From assembly GCA_038087875.1 (NCBI GenBank), contig CM075992.1:11162001-11226000 (forward strand): a stretch of 64,000 nucleotides of DNA, read 5' to 3'. This document shows, in pieces, positions 39,072 to 52,345 of the stretch. Positions within the stretch are counted from its first letter, which is position 1, and each line of letters begins with the position of its first letter. This DNA comes from Malacoraja senta (taxonomy: Eukaryota). The notes beneath the pieces are model-generated. The model was given only the letters and a program-made list of their open reading frames with translations. It was not told where the DNA came from and made no database searches. Position numbers and translations under genes: made by a program.

Positions 39072-40471
39072 TGAGGCCTCAGCGGCAGTGAAGCGGCAGC
39101 AGCGGTGAAGCCTCGCGACGATGGGGCCTCAGCGGCAGTGAAGCCTCGCAGCGTCAGCGACCCGCGGTCGACGGTTGATGAGAGCATGGAGGACCATTGC
39201 GAGGTGGCAGGGGAAGAACAATGGAGGACCCGGTGTAGGTGGACCACTGTGGAGGGGGGTAGGGGGAGAACAATGGACAATTGGGGAGGGTGGGGGAACA
39301 AAGAACAATTGGGACCCAGCGTGGGGGGACCACTGTGGAGGTGGGGGGAGGGGGTAGAACAAAAGGAGGAGCCGGCATGCTTTGTAACTTTGTCAGTGTT
39401 GTGGGTGGCTGCTATTTGTATACATTGGGTACGCAGCAAATAATTTCACTGTGCCTTGTCACATGTGACAATAAAGTATTCCATTCCATTATACCAAAGA
39501 CTAAAAATGCTTGAGTAACTCAGTGGGTCAAGGCAGCATCTCTGGAGAAAATGAGCCAATATTACAAGTGCAGCCTCACCAATGTACAACTGTAACATAA
39601 CTTCTCAACCTTCAGTATCCTGACTGATGAAGGTAAGTGTACCAAAAACCTTCTTGACCACCCTATCTACCTATGATGCCACTTATAGGGAACTATATTT
39701 AGGCAATTATCCAAGATCCCTGTGCTCTACAACACTCCCCAGGGCCCTACCAATCACTGCATTTCTGCCCTACATTGACTTCTCAAAGTGCAACAACTCA
39801 CACCAATCTGCATTAAACTCCGAAGATAGACACAAAAGCTGGAGTAACACAGCGGGACAGGCAGCATCTCTGGTGAGAAGGAATGGATGACGTTTCGGGT
39901 CGAGATCTTTTGTCAGATTAGTTCGGGATAAGAGAAACAAGAGATATAGGTGATGATACGCTAGGCGGAGTAGAGTGTTAGTAGAGGGAAATTGGATGCT
40001 TCTGCGGTCGACGAAGAAATGGAGGGCTTTAAGGCCTTCCTGGTGGGAGATGGAGGCGTAGAGCGAATGAACGTCCATAGTAAACATGAGGCAGTCGGGG
40101 CTCGGAAAGCGGAAGTCATTAAAGAGACGAAGGGCATGTGAGGTATCTTGGACATAGGTCGGGAGTATTGGACCAAGTGGATAAGATGGAGTCAAGATAC
40201 GTGCAAATCATTTCAGTGGGACAGCTGCAGGCTGAAACAACCGGTCTGCCACAGCCGTTGTGTTCCCACTCCCTCATCATATAGACATTCAGTCATTCTA
40301 CACCTCCATCCCCCATCAGGAAGGCCTTAAAGCCCTCTGTTTCTTCCTCGATTGCAGAACCATCCTATTTGTCTCTACTAACACTCTACACCAACTATCG
40401 GAGCAGTTCCTCACCCTTAACAACTTCTCCTTCGACTCCTCCCACTTCCACCAAGTCGAAGGAGTAGCTAG

Positions 40472-41305
40472 TAAAGTAAAGTAAGTTTATTTATATAGCG
40501 CCTTTCAATCAGATTACTGAAACCAAAGCGCTTTACAGACAATTAACCATATAAATAAAAAATAAAAAGGTAGAATAAAAAAGACACGACACACCACTTA
40601 GAGATTCAACATGAACATCCCCCCACAGCAGAGTCGACACTCTCCACCGTGAGGGAAAGGCACCAAAGTGTCCAGTCCTCCTCCTAGTCCACCCGAGATC
40701 GGGGCCAGTCTGAGGGCTCCGCAGCCAGTCGCCGCAACGGCAGCCCGATGTTGTAGGCCCCACCCGCCGGGAAGGTGGAACACCGGCATCGGGTGGAAAG
40801 TCCTCAACGGCTTGGAAGTGTCTGGAGGGGCCGCTCCCTCCCCGGAGACTGCGACGCCCGTAGTCCTCAGGCCGCGCCGGTTGGAGCTTCGACTCTGACT
40901 CCGCGGTGTTTTCGACCCAGCGCCGCCCGCCCGCGGCAGGACGCCCTCAGACCGCAGACCGCTGCTTGATGTTGGTGGTCGGCGGTCACAGCACTCCGGA
41001 GCGGCGACCCGGCAAGGCATCGCCCGCTCCGTGTTGGTGTCCCAGCGCTGTGCCGCCGAAGCTGTGGTCCCGGCAGGAACGCCGCTCCAGCCCGATGGAA
41101 GGCCGCATTGGGGGAGCGAAGATGCGATTCGGAGGAAAACCGCATCTCCGACCAGGTAGGACTGGGGTTAAAACAGTTTCCCCACCCCCCACATAGAAAG
41201 AATAGACCTCCAAATAAAAATTATAGACAATAAAAAGGGTTAGAAGACGGACTGCAGGCAGGCAGCCCGCACAACCGGCGCCCACTCCTGCACATCCGCC
41301 ATCTG
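40472..41305 (-). mobile_element. Non-coding non-autonomous retroelement with L2-like 3' tail, specific to copy A
   Basis: Ends in AAGGCGCTATATAAATAAA(CTTTA)n and has a GC-rich body. It is absent from the copy B site at ~49468. Confidence 0.65.
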
Positions 41306-41504
41306 GAGTTAGGGCCACCCCCATGGGCCCCAGTTATGCCTGCCTCTTTGTAGGGTAAATTGAACAATCCCTGTTCCAGGCGTACATGGACGCTATCCCC
41401 GAACTCTGTCTCCGTTATATTGACGACTGCATCAGTGCTACCTCCTGCACCCATGCAGAACTCATGGACTTCAGCAACTTCACCACCAATTTCCATCCTG
41501 CATT

Positions 41505-41916
41505 TAGAAGGATGAGGGGGGGTTCTTATAGAAACATATAAAATTATAAAAGGACTGGACAAGCTAGATGCAGGAAAAATGTTCCCAATGTTGGGCGAGT
41601 CCAGAACCAGGGCCCACAGTCTTAGAATAAAGGGGAGGTCATTTAAGACTGAGGTGAGAAAAAAACGTTTTCACCCGGAGAGTTGTGAATTTAGGGAATT
41701 CCCTGCCACAGAGGGCAGTGGAGGCCAAGTCACTGGATGCATTTATGAGAGAGTTAGATAGAGCCCTAGGGGCTAGTGGAGTCAAGGGATATGGGGAGAA
41801 GGCAGGCAAGGGTTATTGATAGGGGACGATCAGCCATGATCACAATGAATGGCGGTGCTGGTTCGAAGGGCCGAATGGTCTCCTCCTGTACCTAGTTTCT
41901 GTGTTTCTATGTTTCT
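41505..41916 (+). mobile_element. CR1 3' fragment inside the Penelope element
   Basis: MFPMLGESRTR motif and (TTTCTATG)n tail. The duplicate lies at 49662-50070. Confidence 0.88.
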
Positions 41917-43529
41917 AAATTCACTTGGACCATCACCGACACCTCCCTCCCCTTTCTTGATCTCATCATCATCACAGGAAATAGACTATCGACTGATGTC
42001 TATTAGAAACCCAATGACTCCCACAACTATCTCGACTACACTTCTTCCCACCCATTTTCCTGTAAAGACTCTATCCCCTACTCCAAATTCCTCCATCTAC
42101 TCTGCATCTGTGCCCAAGATGAGGTCTTCAATACTGGGATATCTGAGATGTCCTCATTCTTTAGGGAATGGGAGTTCCTCCCTCCATTAGAGATGAGGCC
42201 TCCACTCGTGTCTCCATGGAACCCCGCAGCTCCGCCCTTGCTCCCCCTCCCCCTAGTCGCAACAGAGACAGAGTCCTCCTAGTCGTTACCTTTCACCCCA
42301 TCAGCCGTCGCCCACAACACATAATCATTTTTGCCACCTCCAATGGGATCCTACACCAGTCACATATTCCCATCTCCACCCCTTTCCACCTTCCGCAGAG
42401 ACCTTTCCCTCCCCAACTCCTTGGTTAACTCATCTCTTCTCACCCAAACCACCCCCTCCCCATGTACCTTCCCCTGCAACCGCAAAAGATGCAACACCTG
42501 TCCCTATATCTCCTCCCTTGACTCTGTCCAGGCACCCCGACAGTCCTTTCAGGTTACGCAGAGGTTCACTTGCACCTCCTCCAACCTCATCTACTGTATC
42601 CATTGTTCAAGATGTGAACTTTTATACATCGACGAGACCAAATGTAGACTGGGCGATCATTTCACTGAACCTACCTGAACTTCCGGTTGCTAAACATTTT
42701 AATTCCCCTTCCCATTCCCACACAGACCTTCAGATTCAGATTCAGATTCAGAAAACTTTATTGTCTGTCGTAACAGAAAATCTTCTTTGGCGTGGCTCAA
42801 CATACAAACAGGACAATGTACGGATAAGCAGTCATACAACACAGATTTCTGCGAGCACACACCGTGTGTATAGATCTTAAAAGCAAGTCATCAATACATC
42901 GATCCACATTCCTCAGTAAATGTAATTGTGTTTTGACCATGTATTAATGACACCGTGTTCCTTTGAATAAAATTCATGGGGGGAATTTAATGAACTCACT
43001 GTCATTGCTCCGGACCGCGAGCACGGGCTTCTTCTGGTGTGGAGGTAGTCACGTTATTTTATTACTCCACGTTATTTTATTATTCTCTCACTCTCTCTCC
43101 CTCTCTCTCTCTCGCCCTCATCCTCTCTCGTTGTGCCTCTCTGTCTTTCGCTGGAGTAACTCAGCGGGTCAGGCAGCATCTCTGGAGAGAAGGAATAGGT
43201 GACGTTTTGGGTTGAGACCCTTCTTTGGACCCTCCATAGATCTGGTCTGACCTGCTGAGTTCCCCAGCACTTTATGTTTTGCTCTTAAAATAAATCCGTG
43301 GTCTGCTGAAGAAACAACACGTAGACCACTCTGGAAGTGCCAGTTTTGCTGTATACTTCATACTCTAAAACATATCATAATACTCCCAGAGTGATTTAAT
43401 GGGGTTAGATTTTTTTAAATCTGTTGTCTAGAATTAATCGAAACCCACCCTATGAACCTTATATCAGAATAAATCGGAATTACGATTTTTTTGTTTTCGT
43501 ATTTGTCAATTATTGTGCCCGATTATTTG

Positions 43530-43690
43530 GCGGCAAATCAACCACTGTCTCTAAGGGGGTTGCGTCCAATCACCGATGAGCTTCCCTTAAAACCTTCCCG
43601 TCCAATCAACAAATCGGCCTCCTCCCGTCCAATCAGCCACTGTCTCCAAGGGCATTACATTTTCTATTATCAGGCCCCAATAAGAAACTG
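43530..43690 (+). promoter_or_regulatory. Putative hAT transposase promoter with clustered CCAAT boxes
   Basis: GTCCAATCA occurs three times, plus CCAATAAG, upstream of a TTTCAG acceptor (43900) and the ATG at 43922. The cluster is conserved at 52730-52880. Confidence 0.5.
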
Positions 43691-45333
43691 CATTTTCAGA
43701 TTAATTGTTTCAGTTACATTAGAATGGATGGGGAGAAAATTAAATAAGTAGTACCAATAGTTTTTCCAGCCTAAATCGGGAGTGGTGAATTTTATTGTGA
43801 GTGGTTTTATTTAGCAAAACAGGAGTGCAAGCGGTAATATTTTATTATATATCACCATCAAATTTTATTATATATCACTATCAAATATCTATAAATTTCA
43901 GATTTGTGTACCCCTGTGAAAATGAGCATACTGAGATACTTTAAAAGGCAGCGTCTTCAGATCGATGAAGAAATAAATGATAATGAAAACATTCAGCCAG
44001 AAAAGAAGGCAAAATTACTTGAAAATGATAATGGAACTAATCCAGCTGTTTCGCCTGATGCTGCAGGTGAAGACATTTCAAAGATATTGAAAAATGTGAT
44101 CTTCCAGACTGTTGGACACAAGAAATGTACTTAAACAAAAAGAAAGAATATCCCTGGCTAATTGTTAAAAACAGAAAACTAGGATGTAGTGTATGTAGCA
44201 AGTGTGGTCATTTTGGACTTCAACGATCAAAAGGAATTCATTTGTCTCGTGAGTGGTGCAGTGTTAATGTAGTAGGAGTGAGTGATGACAAAGCAAAACA
44301 GTTAATGAGTTTAAGAAAAATGATTGTTAAGCACAAAAATAGTGAAGCTCATACCAGATGCTAAAAAATCAATGAAACAGCTGAAAAAAAAGCAAACGTA
44401 AATGTAGTGTATATGTCACTGAAAAAGGACGAAGCAAAAACAGGTCGAGTTTTTAGAATTGTTTTTAATATTGTACACAAAGGTAGGCCATACACAGATA
44501 TGTCTTCTGATATTGAACTGCAAGAAAGAAACGGCTACACTCTCGTAAGTCATGTGCAGATGTTTCTCACCACATAGGGAACCAGATGCGAAAGACAGTG
44601 GTGGAAAATATAATTTCAAAACAATCTAAAATGTCTATTATGATTGATGAATTTACTACTATTAATGGGAAAACTGTTCTAGTAGTCTGCTTGAGAGCAG
44701 CAGTTGTTGAATCTTCCCAAACTATATCATTCTATTTTGACTTAGAACATATGAAATGGTGCAAATGCAAAATCTATATATGATGGGCTTCTAAGGTGCT
44801 TACAAAGAGGTGGCTTTTCAATACATTACGAAAAAGAAAATGTGATATCACTTGTAACTGATGGTGCATCAGTAATGTTAGGATTAAATGCAGAGGTTGC
44901 AAAACTATTTCTTGATTATTTCCCTAATGCAACTGTTAGGCACTGTGCCAGTCACAGGCTTGAACTCAGTGGAGGTGATGCTATTAGTGAAGTTGCAGGT
45001 TTGAATCATTTTCAGATATTTTGTGATAAATTGTATTCCTTATATCATAGGTCTCCTAAGAATCAGGATGAGTTAACTGCATGCGTCGAGGCTCTTCACC
45101 GTCTAATTAAACAAACTATCAAGGTCCTTGAATGTCAAATAGAGAAGCCAGGAAAATATTATACTCGTGGAGAAAACAATAAGCCAGATGATATTTAATG
45201 GAATAAATTTGAGAGCTGGTAAAATACCTACTATACATAGACAACAGTTTTTGAGGAGTTTGGTCAATAATATGAAATCCAGGCTGCTTGAATCTACAAC
45301 AGCTTCCAATGATGAATGTAAAAAGTTAATTAA

Positions 45334-46396
45334 CATAGAAACATAGAAAATGGGTGCAGGAGGAGGCCATTCGGCCATTCGAGCCAGCACCACCATTCAT
45401 TGTGATCATAGCTGATCGTCCCTAGTCAATGACCCGTGCCTGTCTTCTCCCCATATCCCTTGATTCCACTACCCCTGGAGCTCTATCTAACTCTCTCTTA
45501 AATCCTTCCAATGATTTGGCCTCCACTGCACTCTGTGGCAGGGAATTCCACAAATTCACAACTCTCTGGGTGAAAAAGTTTTTTCTCACCTCAGTCTTAA
45601 ATGGCCTCCCCTTTATTTTAAGACTGTGGCCCCTGGTTCTGGACTCGCCCAACATGGTGAAAATTTTTCCTGCATCTAGCTTGTCCAGACTTTTATAATG
45701 TTATATGTTTCTATAAGATCCCCCCTCATCCTACTTCTTCTTCTTCTTCTTTCATGTGGCGTGCACAGCCTAAAGTTGTTGGACAACTTGTTCTATTTGA
45801 TCTTCCGTTTGTGCACGTCGAGTTGATTGCATTAGTCGAAACAGGGCGGACCACGTGAAGGTTGCAATCTACCACCCCCTCATCCTTCTAAACTCCAGTG
45901 AATACGCCTAGTCTTTTCAATCTTTCCTCATATGACAGTCCCGCCATCCCAGGGATCAATCGCGTGAACCTATGCTGCACTGCCTCAATCACAAGGATGT
46001 ACTTCCTCAAATTAGGAGACAAAAACTGTACACAATACTCCAGATGTGGTCTTACCAGAGCCCTATACAACTGCAAAAGAACCTCTCTTCTCCTATACTG
46101 AAATCCTCTTGTTATGAAGGCCAACATTCCATTAGCTTTCTTCACTGCCTGCTGTACCTGCATGCCAACTTTCAGTGACCAATGTTCAAGGACACCCAGG
46201 TCTCGCTGTACCTCCCCTTATCTAACTGAACCCCCTTGAGATAATAATCTGCCCCCTTGTTTTTGCCACCAAAGTGGATAACCTCACATTTATTTATATT
46301 ATACTGCATCTGCCATGCATCTGCCCACTCACTCAACCTGTCCAGGTCACCCTGCAACCTCCTAACATCCTCTTCACAGTTCACACTGCCACCCAG
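45334..46396 (-). mobile_element. CR1 3' fragment inserted in the hAT transposase
   Basis: (CATAGAAA)n tail and ORFs 45422-45655, 45888-46163 and 46172-46411. It is at the same position in copy B (54904-55501 plus 61861-62165). Confidence 0.9.
45733..45874 (-). mobile_element. Short retro-insertion with (GAA)n tail (RTE-like 3' end or SINE), specific to copy A
   Basis: Flanked by direct repeat CCCCCTCATCCT, with (CTT)n at the left. It is absent from copy B. Confidence 0.65.
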
Positions 46397-48832
46397 CCAA
46401 AAACAAGTCAAAATATTTGGATATTAACAATATTCCAGAAGATTCACTTTTTACCTTTGGGGATAATGATGTAGAAGAAATGGCAGAACAATTTGGCTTA
46501 AATGGTCGGCTTTGTATCAGAGCCTTCAGAGAATTCAAGGAATCTAAAGGGAAGGTAGTTTCTGCAGATTTTCAGCAGCTGCTAGCGGCTGTAAATACAA
46601 TTCTTGTATCAACAGCAGAATGTGAAAGAAGCGTCAGAGGCATGAATTTCTGCATGTCACCACAACTTGCAAGACATCAAACTGATCATCTCTCAACTCC
46701 TCTCATTATTAAGTTGTTGGACCTCATCTGTCAAAATTCAACCCCGAAGAATATGTGAGGACATGGCTTCTAAGTGGCAGAAGGCGTGCTGAAGAAAGGG
46801 CATGCAGAAAGAGGAAGTGACAGAAAAAATGGAGATTATATACCATGATGGAACATTTTGTAATGTAAACAGAGAGAGAGAGATAGAGAGAGATGCAAGA
46901 AAGCAGCTATGACATATAATACACAATAAACTATATTATAAATACACAATAAACAGGTTATGCATTCTTGTACTCTTACATGGGTATGACCGCACATTAA
47001 AAAAATTCCCCTCCCTTCCTTCCCAACCTCAGCCTCACGGACCTTAGAGTACCCCTAGTTCCTAAAACCCATTTCCATCGCTGAGCATGTCATATTTCGC
47101 TTGGGCAGCTTACAACACAGTGGTATGATTTTTGATTGTTCTAGCTTCAAGTAACCCTGGCAATCCTTCTCTCTCTATCCTTCCCGCACCAAAGTCTGTC
47201 ACAGAGATGTTGGGCTGAACGGCCTGTTCTTCCATAGTAATTTCTAAATAATTCACTCTTGCTCCTGCTGACTTTACAGATTGCAATCGAAGTATTTCAT
47301 GGATTAATTCTGCTGTATTTTTAACAGGAAGCACAAAGACTGAGAACAAAGGCCTTTTCACATCAAGGAAACAAATGATATTTGGTGAAATGTTTCAGAT
47401 GCAAATTAAGCAACCGATGGAAACTAGAACCGCAAACTAGTAAACAAGGAAGGCTTGGTGAATGGGAGCGAGTTGGTGGGGAGAGCGACACAGTTTCCAT
47501 GGCCATTTAGTGTTCAAGTCATGGGGTCAAATAGCACTAAAAAAGGCCTGTACCTGTCCAAGTGCCTTTTAAATGTTGTTATAGTACCTGCCAAAACTAC
47601 CTCCTCTGGCAGATCATTCATGTATCCACCACCTTCTGGGTGAAAATGTTGCCCCTCAGGGTTTGTGTAAAACCGCTGCCTGAGTTACTCCAGCTTTGCG
47701 TGTCTTTCTTTGATTTAAACCAGCATCTACAGTTCCTTCCTACACATATTATAAGATTACCTCTCAGCCACCTGCACTCCAAGGAATAAAGTCCTAGTCT
47801 GCCCAACCTTTCCCTATAGCTCAGCCCCTCAAGTCCTGGCAACATCATTGTAAATCTTCTCTGCACTCTTTCCAGATTACCGATATCCTTTTTATAGCAG
47901 GGTGACCAAAACTGAACACAGTACTCCAAATGTAATAAAAAGTAGTCTGGGATCGCTGCTGGAGGCGTTTATCGAGGCGCCGCTGTCTCGATGCCTCCCG
48001 GATCACCGCGTAGAAGCCCAGGTCGGGCCCACGGCTGGGGCCTGGGTCGGCGCCACGGAAGCGTGAAGTGGGGCATCGACAGCGGTGACGCCTCAGCGGC
48101 GGTGAAGCGGCAGCAGCGGTTAAGCCTCGCGACGATGGGGCCTCAGCGGCAGTGAAGCCTCGCAGCGGCGGCGACCCGCGGTCGACGGTTGATGAGAGCG
48201 TGGAGGACCACTGTGAGGGGGCAGGGGAAGAACAATGGAGGACCCGGCGTGGGGCAACCACTGTGGAGGGGGGTAGGAGGAGAACAATGGACAATTGGGG
48301 AGGGTGGGGGAACAAAGAACAATGGGGACCCAGCATGGGGGGACCACTGTGGAGTGGGGGGGAGAGAACATAAGGAGGAGCCGGCGTGCTTTGTAACTTT
48401 GTCAGTGCTGTGGGTGGCTGCTATTTGTATAGATTGGGTACGCAGCAAATAATTTCACTGTGCCTTGTCACATGTGACAATAATGTATTCCATTCCATAA
48501 AACCAAAGACTAAAAATGCTCGAGCGACTCAGTGGGTCAGACAGCATCTCTGGAGAAAATGAGACAATATTACAAGTGTAGCCTCACCAAAGTACAACTG
48601 TAACATAACTTCTCAACCTTCAGTATCCTGACTGATGAAGGTAAGTGTACCAAAAACCTTCTTGACCATCCTATCTACCTATGATGCCACTTATAGGGAA
48701 CTATATTTAGGGAACTATCCAAGATCCCTGTGCTCTACAACACTCCCCAGGGCCCTACCAATCACTGTGGTTCTGCCCTACATTGACTTCTCAAAGTGGA
48801 ACAACTCACACCAATCTGCATTAATCTCCAAT

Positions 48833-50943
48833 GATAGACACAAAGGCTGGAGTAACACAGCGGGACAGGCAGCATCTCTGCAGAGAACGAATGGGTGACA
48901 TTTCGGGTCAGATTAGTTCGGGATAAGAGAAACAAGAGATATAGATGATGATATGCTCGGCGGAGTAGGGTGTTAGTAGAGGGAAATTGGAAGCTTCTGC
49001 GGTCGAGGAAGAAACGGAGGGCTTTAAAGCCTTCCTGGTGGTGGATGGAGGAGTAGAGTGAATGAACGCCCATAGTAAAGATGAGGCAGTCGGGGCTCGG
49101 AAAGCGGAAGTCATTAAAGAGACGAAGGGCATGTGAGGTATCTTGGACATAGGTCGGGAGAGATTGGACCAAGGGGATAGGATGGAGTCGAGGTACGTGT
49201 AAATCATTTCAGTGGGACAGGTGCAGGCTGAAACAATGGGTATGCCAGAGTAGTTGTGTCCCCACTCCCTCATCATAATAGACATTCAGTCATTCTACAC
49301 CTCCATCCCCCATCAGGAAGGCCTTAAAGCCCTCTGTTTCTTCCTCGACCGCAGAACCATCCAATTTCTCTCTGCTAACATTCTACTCCGACTATCGAAG
49401 CTGGTCCTCACCCTTAACAACTTCTCCTTCGACTCCTCCCACTTCCACCAAGTCCAAAGAGTAGCTAGGGCCACCCCCATGGGCCCCAGTTATGCCTGCC
49501 TCTTTGTAGGGTACATTGAACAATCCCTGTTCCAGGCGTACACGGGCGCTATCCCCGAACTCTGTCTCTGTTATATTGACGACTGCATCAGTGCTACCTC
49601 CTGCACCCATGCAGAACTCATGGACTTCAGCAACTTCACTACCAATTTCCATCCTGCATTTAGAAGAATGAGGGGGGATTTTATAGAAACATATAAAATT
49701 ATAAAAGGAGTGGACAAGCTAGATGCAGGAAAAATGTTCCCAATGTTGGGCGAGTCCAGAACCAGGGGCCACAGTCTTAGAATAAAGGGGAGGTCACTTA
49801 AGACTGAGGTGAGAAAAAACGTTTTCACCCAGAGAGTTCTGAATTTATGGAATTCCCTGCCACAGAGGGCAGTGGAGGCTACGTCACTGGATGGATTTAA
49901 GAGAGAGTTAGATAGAGCTCTAGGGGCTAGTGTAGTCAAGGGATATGGGGAGAAGGCAGGCACGGGTTATTGATAGGGGACGATCAGCCATGATCACAAT
50001 GAATGGCGGTGCTGGCTCGAAGGGCCGAATGGCCTCCTCTTGCACCTAGTTTCTATGTTTCTATGTTTCTAAATTAACTTGGACCATCACCGACACCTCC
50101 CTCCCCTTTCTTGATCTCATCATCTCCATCACAGGAAATAGACTATCGACTGATGTCTATTAGAAACCCACTGACTCCCACAACTATCTCAACTACACTT
50201 CTTCCCTCCCATTTTCCTGTAAAGACTCTATCCCCTACTCCCAATTCCTCCATCTACTCTGCATCTGTGCCCAAGATGAGGTCCTCCATTCTGGGATATC
50301 TGAGATGTCCTCATTCTTTAGGGAATGAAAGTTCCTCCCTCCATTATAGATGAGGCCTCCACTCATGTCTCCTTGGTACCCCACAGCTCCGCCCTTGCTC
50401 CGCCTCCCCCTAGTCGCAACAGAGTCCTCCTAGTCATTATCTTTCACCCCATCAGCTGTCGCCTACAACACATAATCCTTTGAAATTTTTGCCACCTCCA
50501 ATGGGATCCTACACCAGTCACATATTCCCATCTCCACCCCTTTCCACCTTCCGCAGAGATCTTTCCCTCCGCAACTCCCTGGTTAACTCATCTCTTCTCA
50601 CCCAAACCACCCCCTCCCCATGTACCTTCCCCGGCAACCGCTAAAGATGCAACACCTGTCCCTATACCTCCTCCCTTGACTCTGTCCAGGCACCCCGATA
50701 GTCCTTTCAGGTTACGCAGAGGTTCACGTGCATCTCCTCCAACCTCATCTACTGTATCCATTGTTCAAGATGTGAACTTTTATACATCGACGAGACCAAA
50801 TGTAGACTGGGCGATCATTTCACTGAACCTACCTGAACTTCCTGTTGCTAAACATTTTAATTCCCCTTCCCATTCCCACACAGACCTTTCTGTCCGAGGT
50901 CTCCTGCGTTGCCAGAGTGAGGCTAAATGCAATTTCGAGGAAC
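48833..50943. mobile_element. Penelope-like element, copy B duplicate
   Basis: ORF 49254-49973 encodes Penelope RT (YIDD) fused in frame to an inserted CR1 piece. GIY-YIG remnants follow. Confidence 0.85.
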
Positions 50944-51451
50944 AGCATGTCCAGTGATGGAAATGGGGGGGGAGGGGGGGTACCCAGGGGGACGGCATTC
51001 CCCTACTTTTCAGTTTCTAGTTTATGTCTAATTTCTGTACAAGATGGGAGTCAGAGATGTTAAATACGTTTTTTTTAAATGACCATGGATAATCGTTACG
51101 AGTCTCCCTGCATCGGCCATGAGATTGAAACAATTTGTTAACTACCACTGTTAGAACTTGTAACAACCAGTAGTTAATGTGTAGTTATACAATGTGTCAT
51201 CAATACATCCATCCACATTCCTCAGTAAATGTAATTTTGTTTTGACCATGTATTAATGACACCATGTTCCTTTGAATACAATTAATGGGGGGAATTTAAT
51301 AAACTCACTGTCATTGCTCCGGACCACGAGCACGGGCTTCTTCTGGTGTGGAGGTAGTCACGTTATTTTATTATTCCACGCTATTTTATTATTCTCTCAC
51401 TCTCTCTCCCTCTCTCGCCCTCAACCTCTCTCCCTCTTCCCCTCTCCCTCT

Positions 51452-52054
51452 AGGCCGTGTCTTACCTGTTTGCGGTCATCGGCGGTGAAGCGCGGTGTAG
51501 ACGGTAGCTAGGACCGCGCGGCAACGGCGAGAGCGTCGAGGCTATCCACCGGAGCGCCGCACGGATGTTGCGCGGGGGCCGAGTTAATTCAAACACGGCG
51601 GGTCCCACGTGCTTGCGGTAAGTAAAAAAAGGGCGGGCCGACTGCGATGACGTTGGCCCCCCGCACGTGACTCACCAGCGGCGGCTGTGGCGGCGGCCAT
51701 CCTGATCGTGGCGCTGTAGCGGTGGCTGTGCCTGCGGCCGCGCAGCACACGTGTCTCACTGGCGGCGGCACGTGCGTCACTGGCGGAGGCTGTGGCAGAG
51801 GAGGTTTGACGCACGGCGCTCGACCCACACTGGCGGCGGGCCGTGCGAGCGGCCGTGCGCACTCGTGCATCACTGGTGGAGGTTGTGCGGTGAGTATTTG
51901 GTTTTCGACATTGTCGATTTTATTTTTGCACCGCGCGGTGTTGGGAACACCGTCGCACGGCCCGGGAATTGTTCTTTCTCACGAGTGCGCGGTCTATGGC
52001 GGCAGATTCTTCCCGTTTCGCCGCCAATGACCGCAGATTCGTGAGACAGACCTT
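51452..52054 (-). mobile_element. PIF/Harbinger-like MITE, same family as 38584-39071, specific to copy B
   Basis: Reverse-complement similarity to 38584-39071, termini AGGCCGTGTCTTAC and GTGAGACAGACCTT, and a TCT 3-bp flanking repeat. Confidence 0.78.
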
Positions 52055-52345
52055 TCTCTCGCTGTGTCTCTCTGTCTTTCACTCTCTCCTTCACTCCATC
52101 TCTCGCTGTGTCTCTGTCATTCGCTCTCTCCTTCCCTCCCTCTCTCGCTGTCTCTGTATTTCACTCTCTCCTTCCCTCCCTCTCCTTCTCTCGCTGTATT
52201 TCTCTGTCGTTCACTCTCTCCCTTTCTCCCTCTCTCACTGTGTCTCTCTGTCTTTTGCTCTCTCCTTCCCTCCATTTCTTGCTGTGTCTCTCTGTCTTTC
52301 GCTCTCTCCTTCCCCCCCTCTCTCGCTGTGTCTCACTGTATTTCG
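52055..52345. repeat. CT-rich degenerate tandem repeat
   Basis: Repeats of ~CTCTCGCTGTGTCTCTCTGTCTTTCGCTCTCTCCTTCCCTCC, expanded relative to copy A (43085-43150). Confidence 0.8.

Larger units (their letters stand above)
39824..42730. mobile_element. Penelope-like element with inverted 5' segment, interrupted by other inserts
   Basis: RT motifs (DIQSFYTSIP, LTLNNFSF, MGPSYA, YIDD) and a GIY-YIG region. 39824-40255 is inverted. The duplicate lies at 48833-50943. Confidence 0.85.
43922..46800 (+). pseudogene. hAT transposase (ZNF862/KIAA1586-like type), copy A
   Basis: Zinc finger, D, D, CxxH and E motifs across frameshifted frames. The RW-motif segment is deleted and a CR1 is inserted. Confidence 0.85.
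42885..47083 (+). mobile_element. Decayed hAT DNA transposon, copy A (right TIR retained)
   Basis: Transposase remnants YPWL..CSVC..KH..SEAH, IMIDEFT, VTDGASVM, HCASHRLEL and STAECER. Right TIR CCCATTTCCATCGCTG (47068-47083) is followed by AGCATGTC. Confidence 0.9.
25917..47189. repeat. Segmental tandem duplication, copy A
   Basis: 25917-26677 matches 47191-47675, and 38010-46530 matches 47676-55501 plus 61861-62300. The copies are collinear, with copy-specific insertions. Confidence 0.92.

Noticed and set aside
49254..49973. Penelope-RT/CR1 fusion ORF as a new chimeric gene
   Set aside because: It is a chance in-frame CR1 insertion, both parts are fragments, and the frame is broken in copy A.
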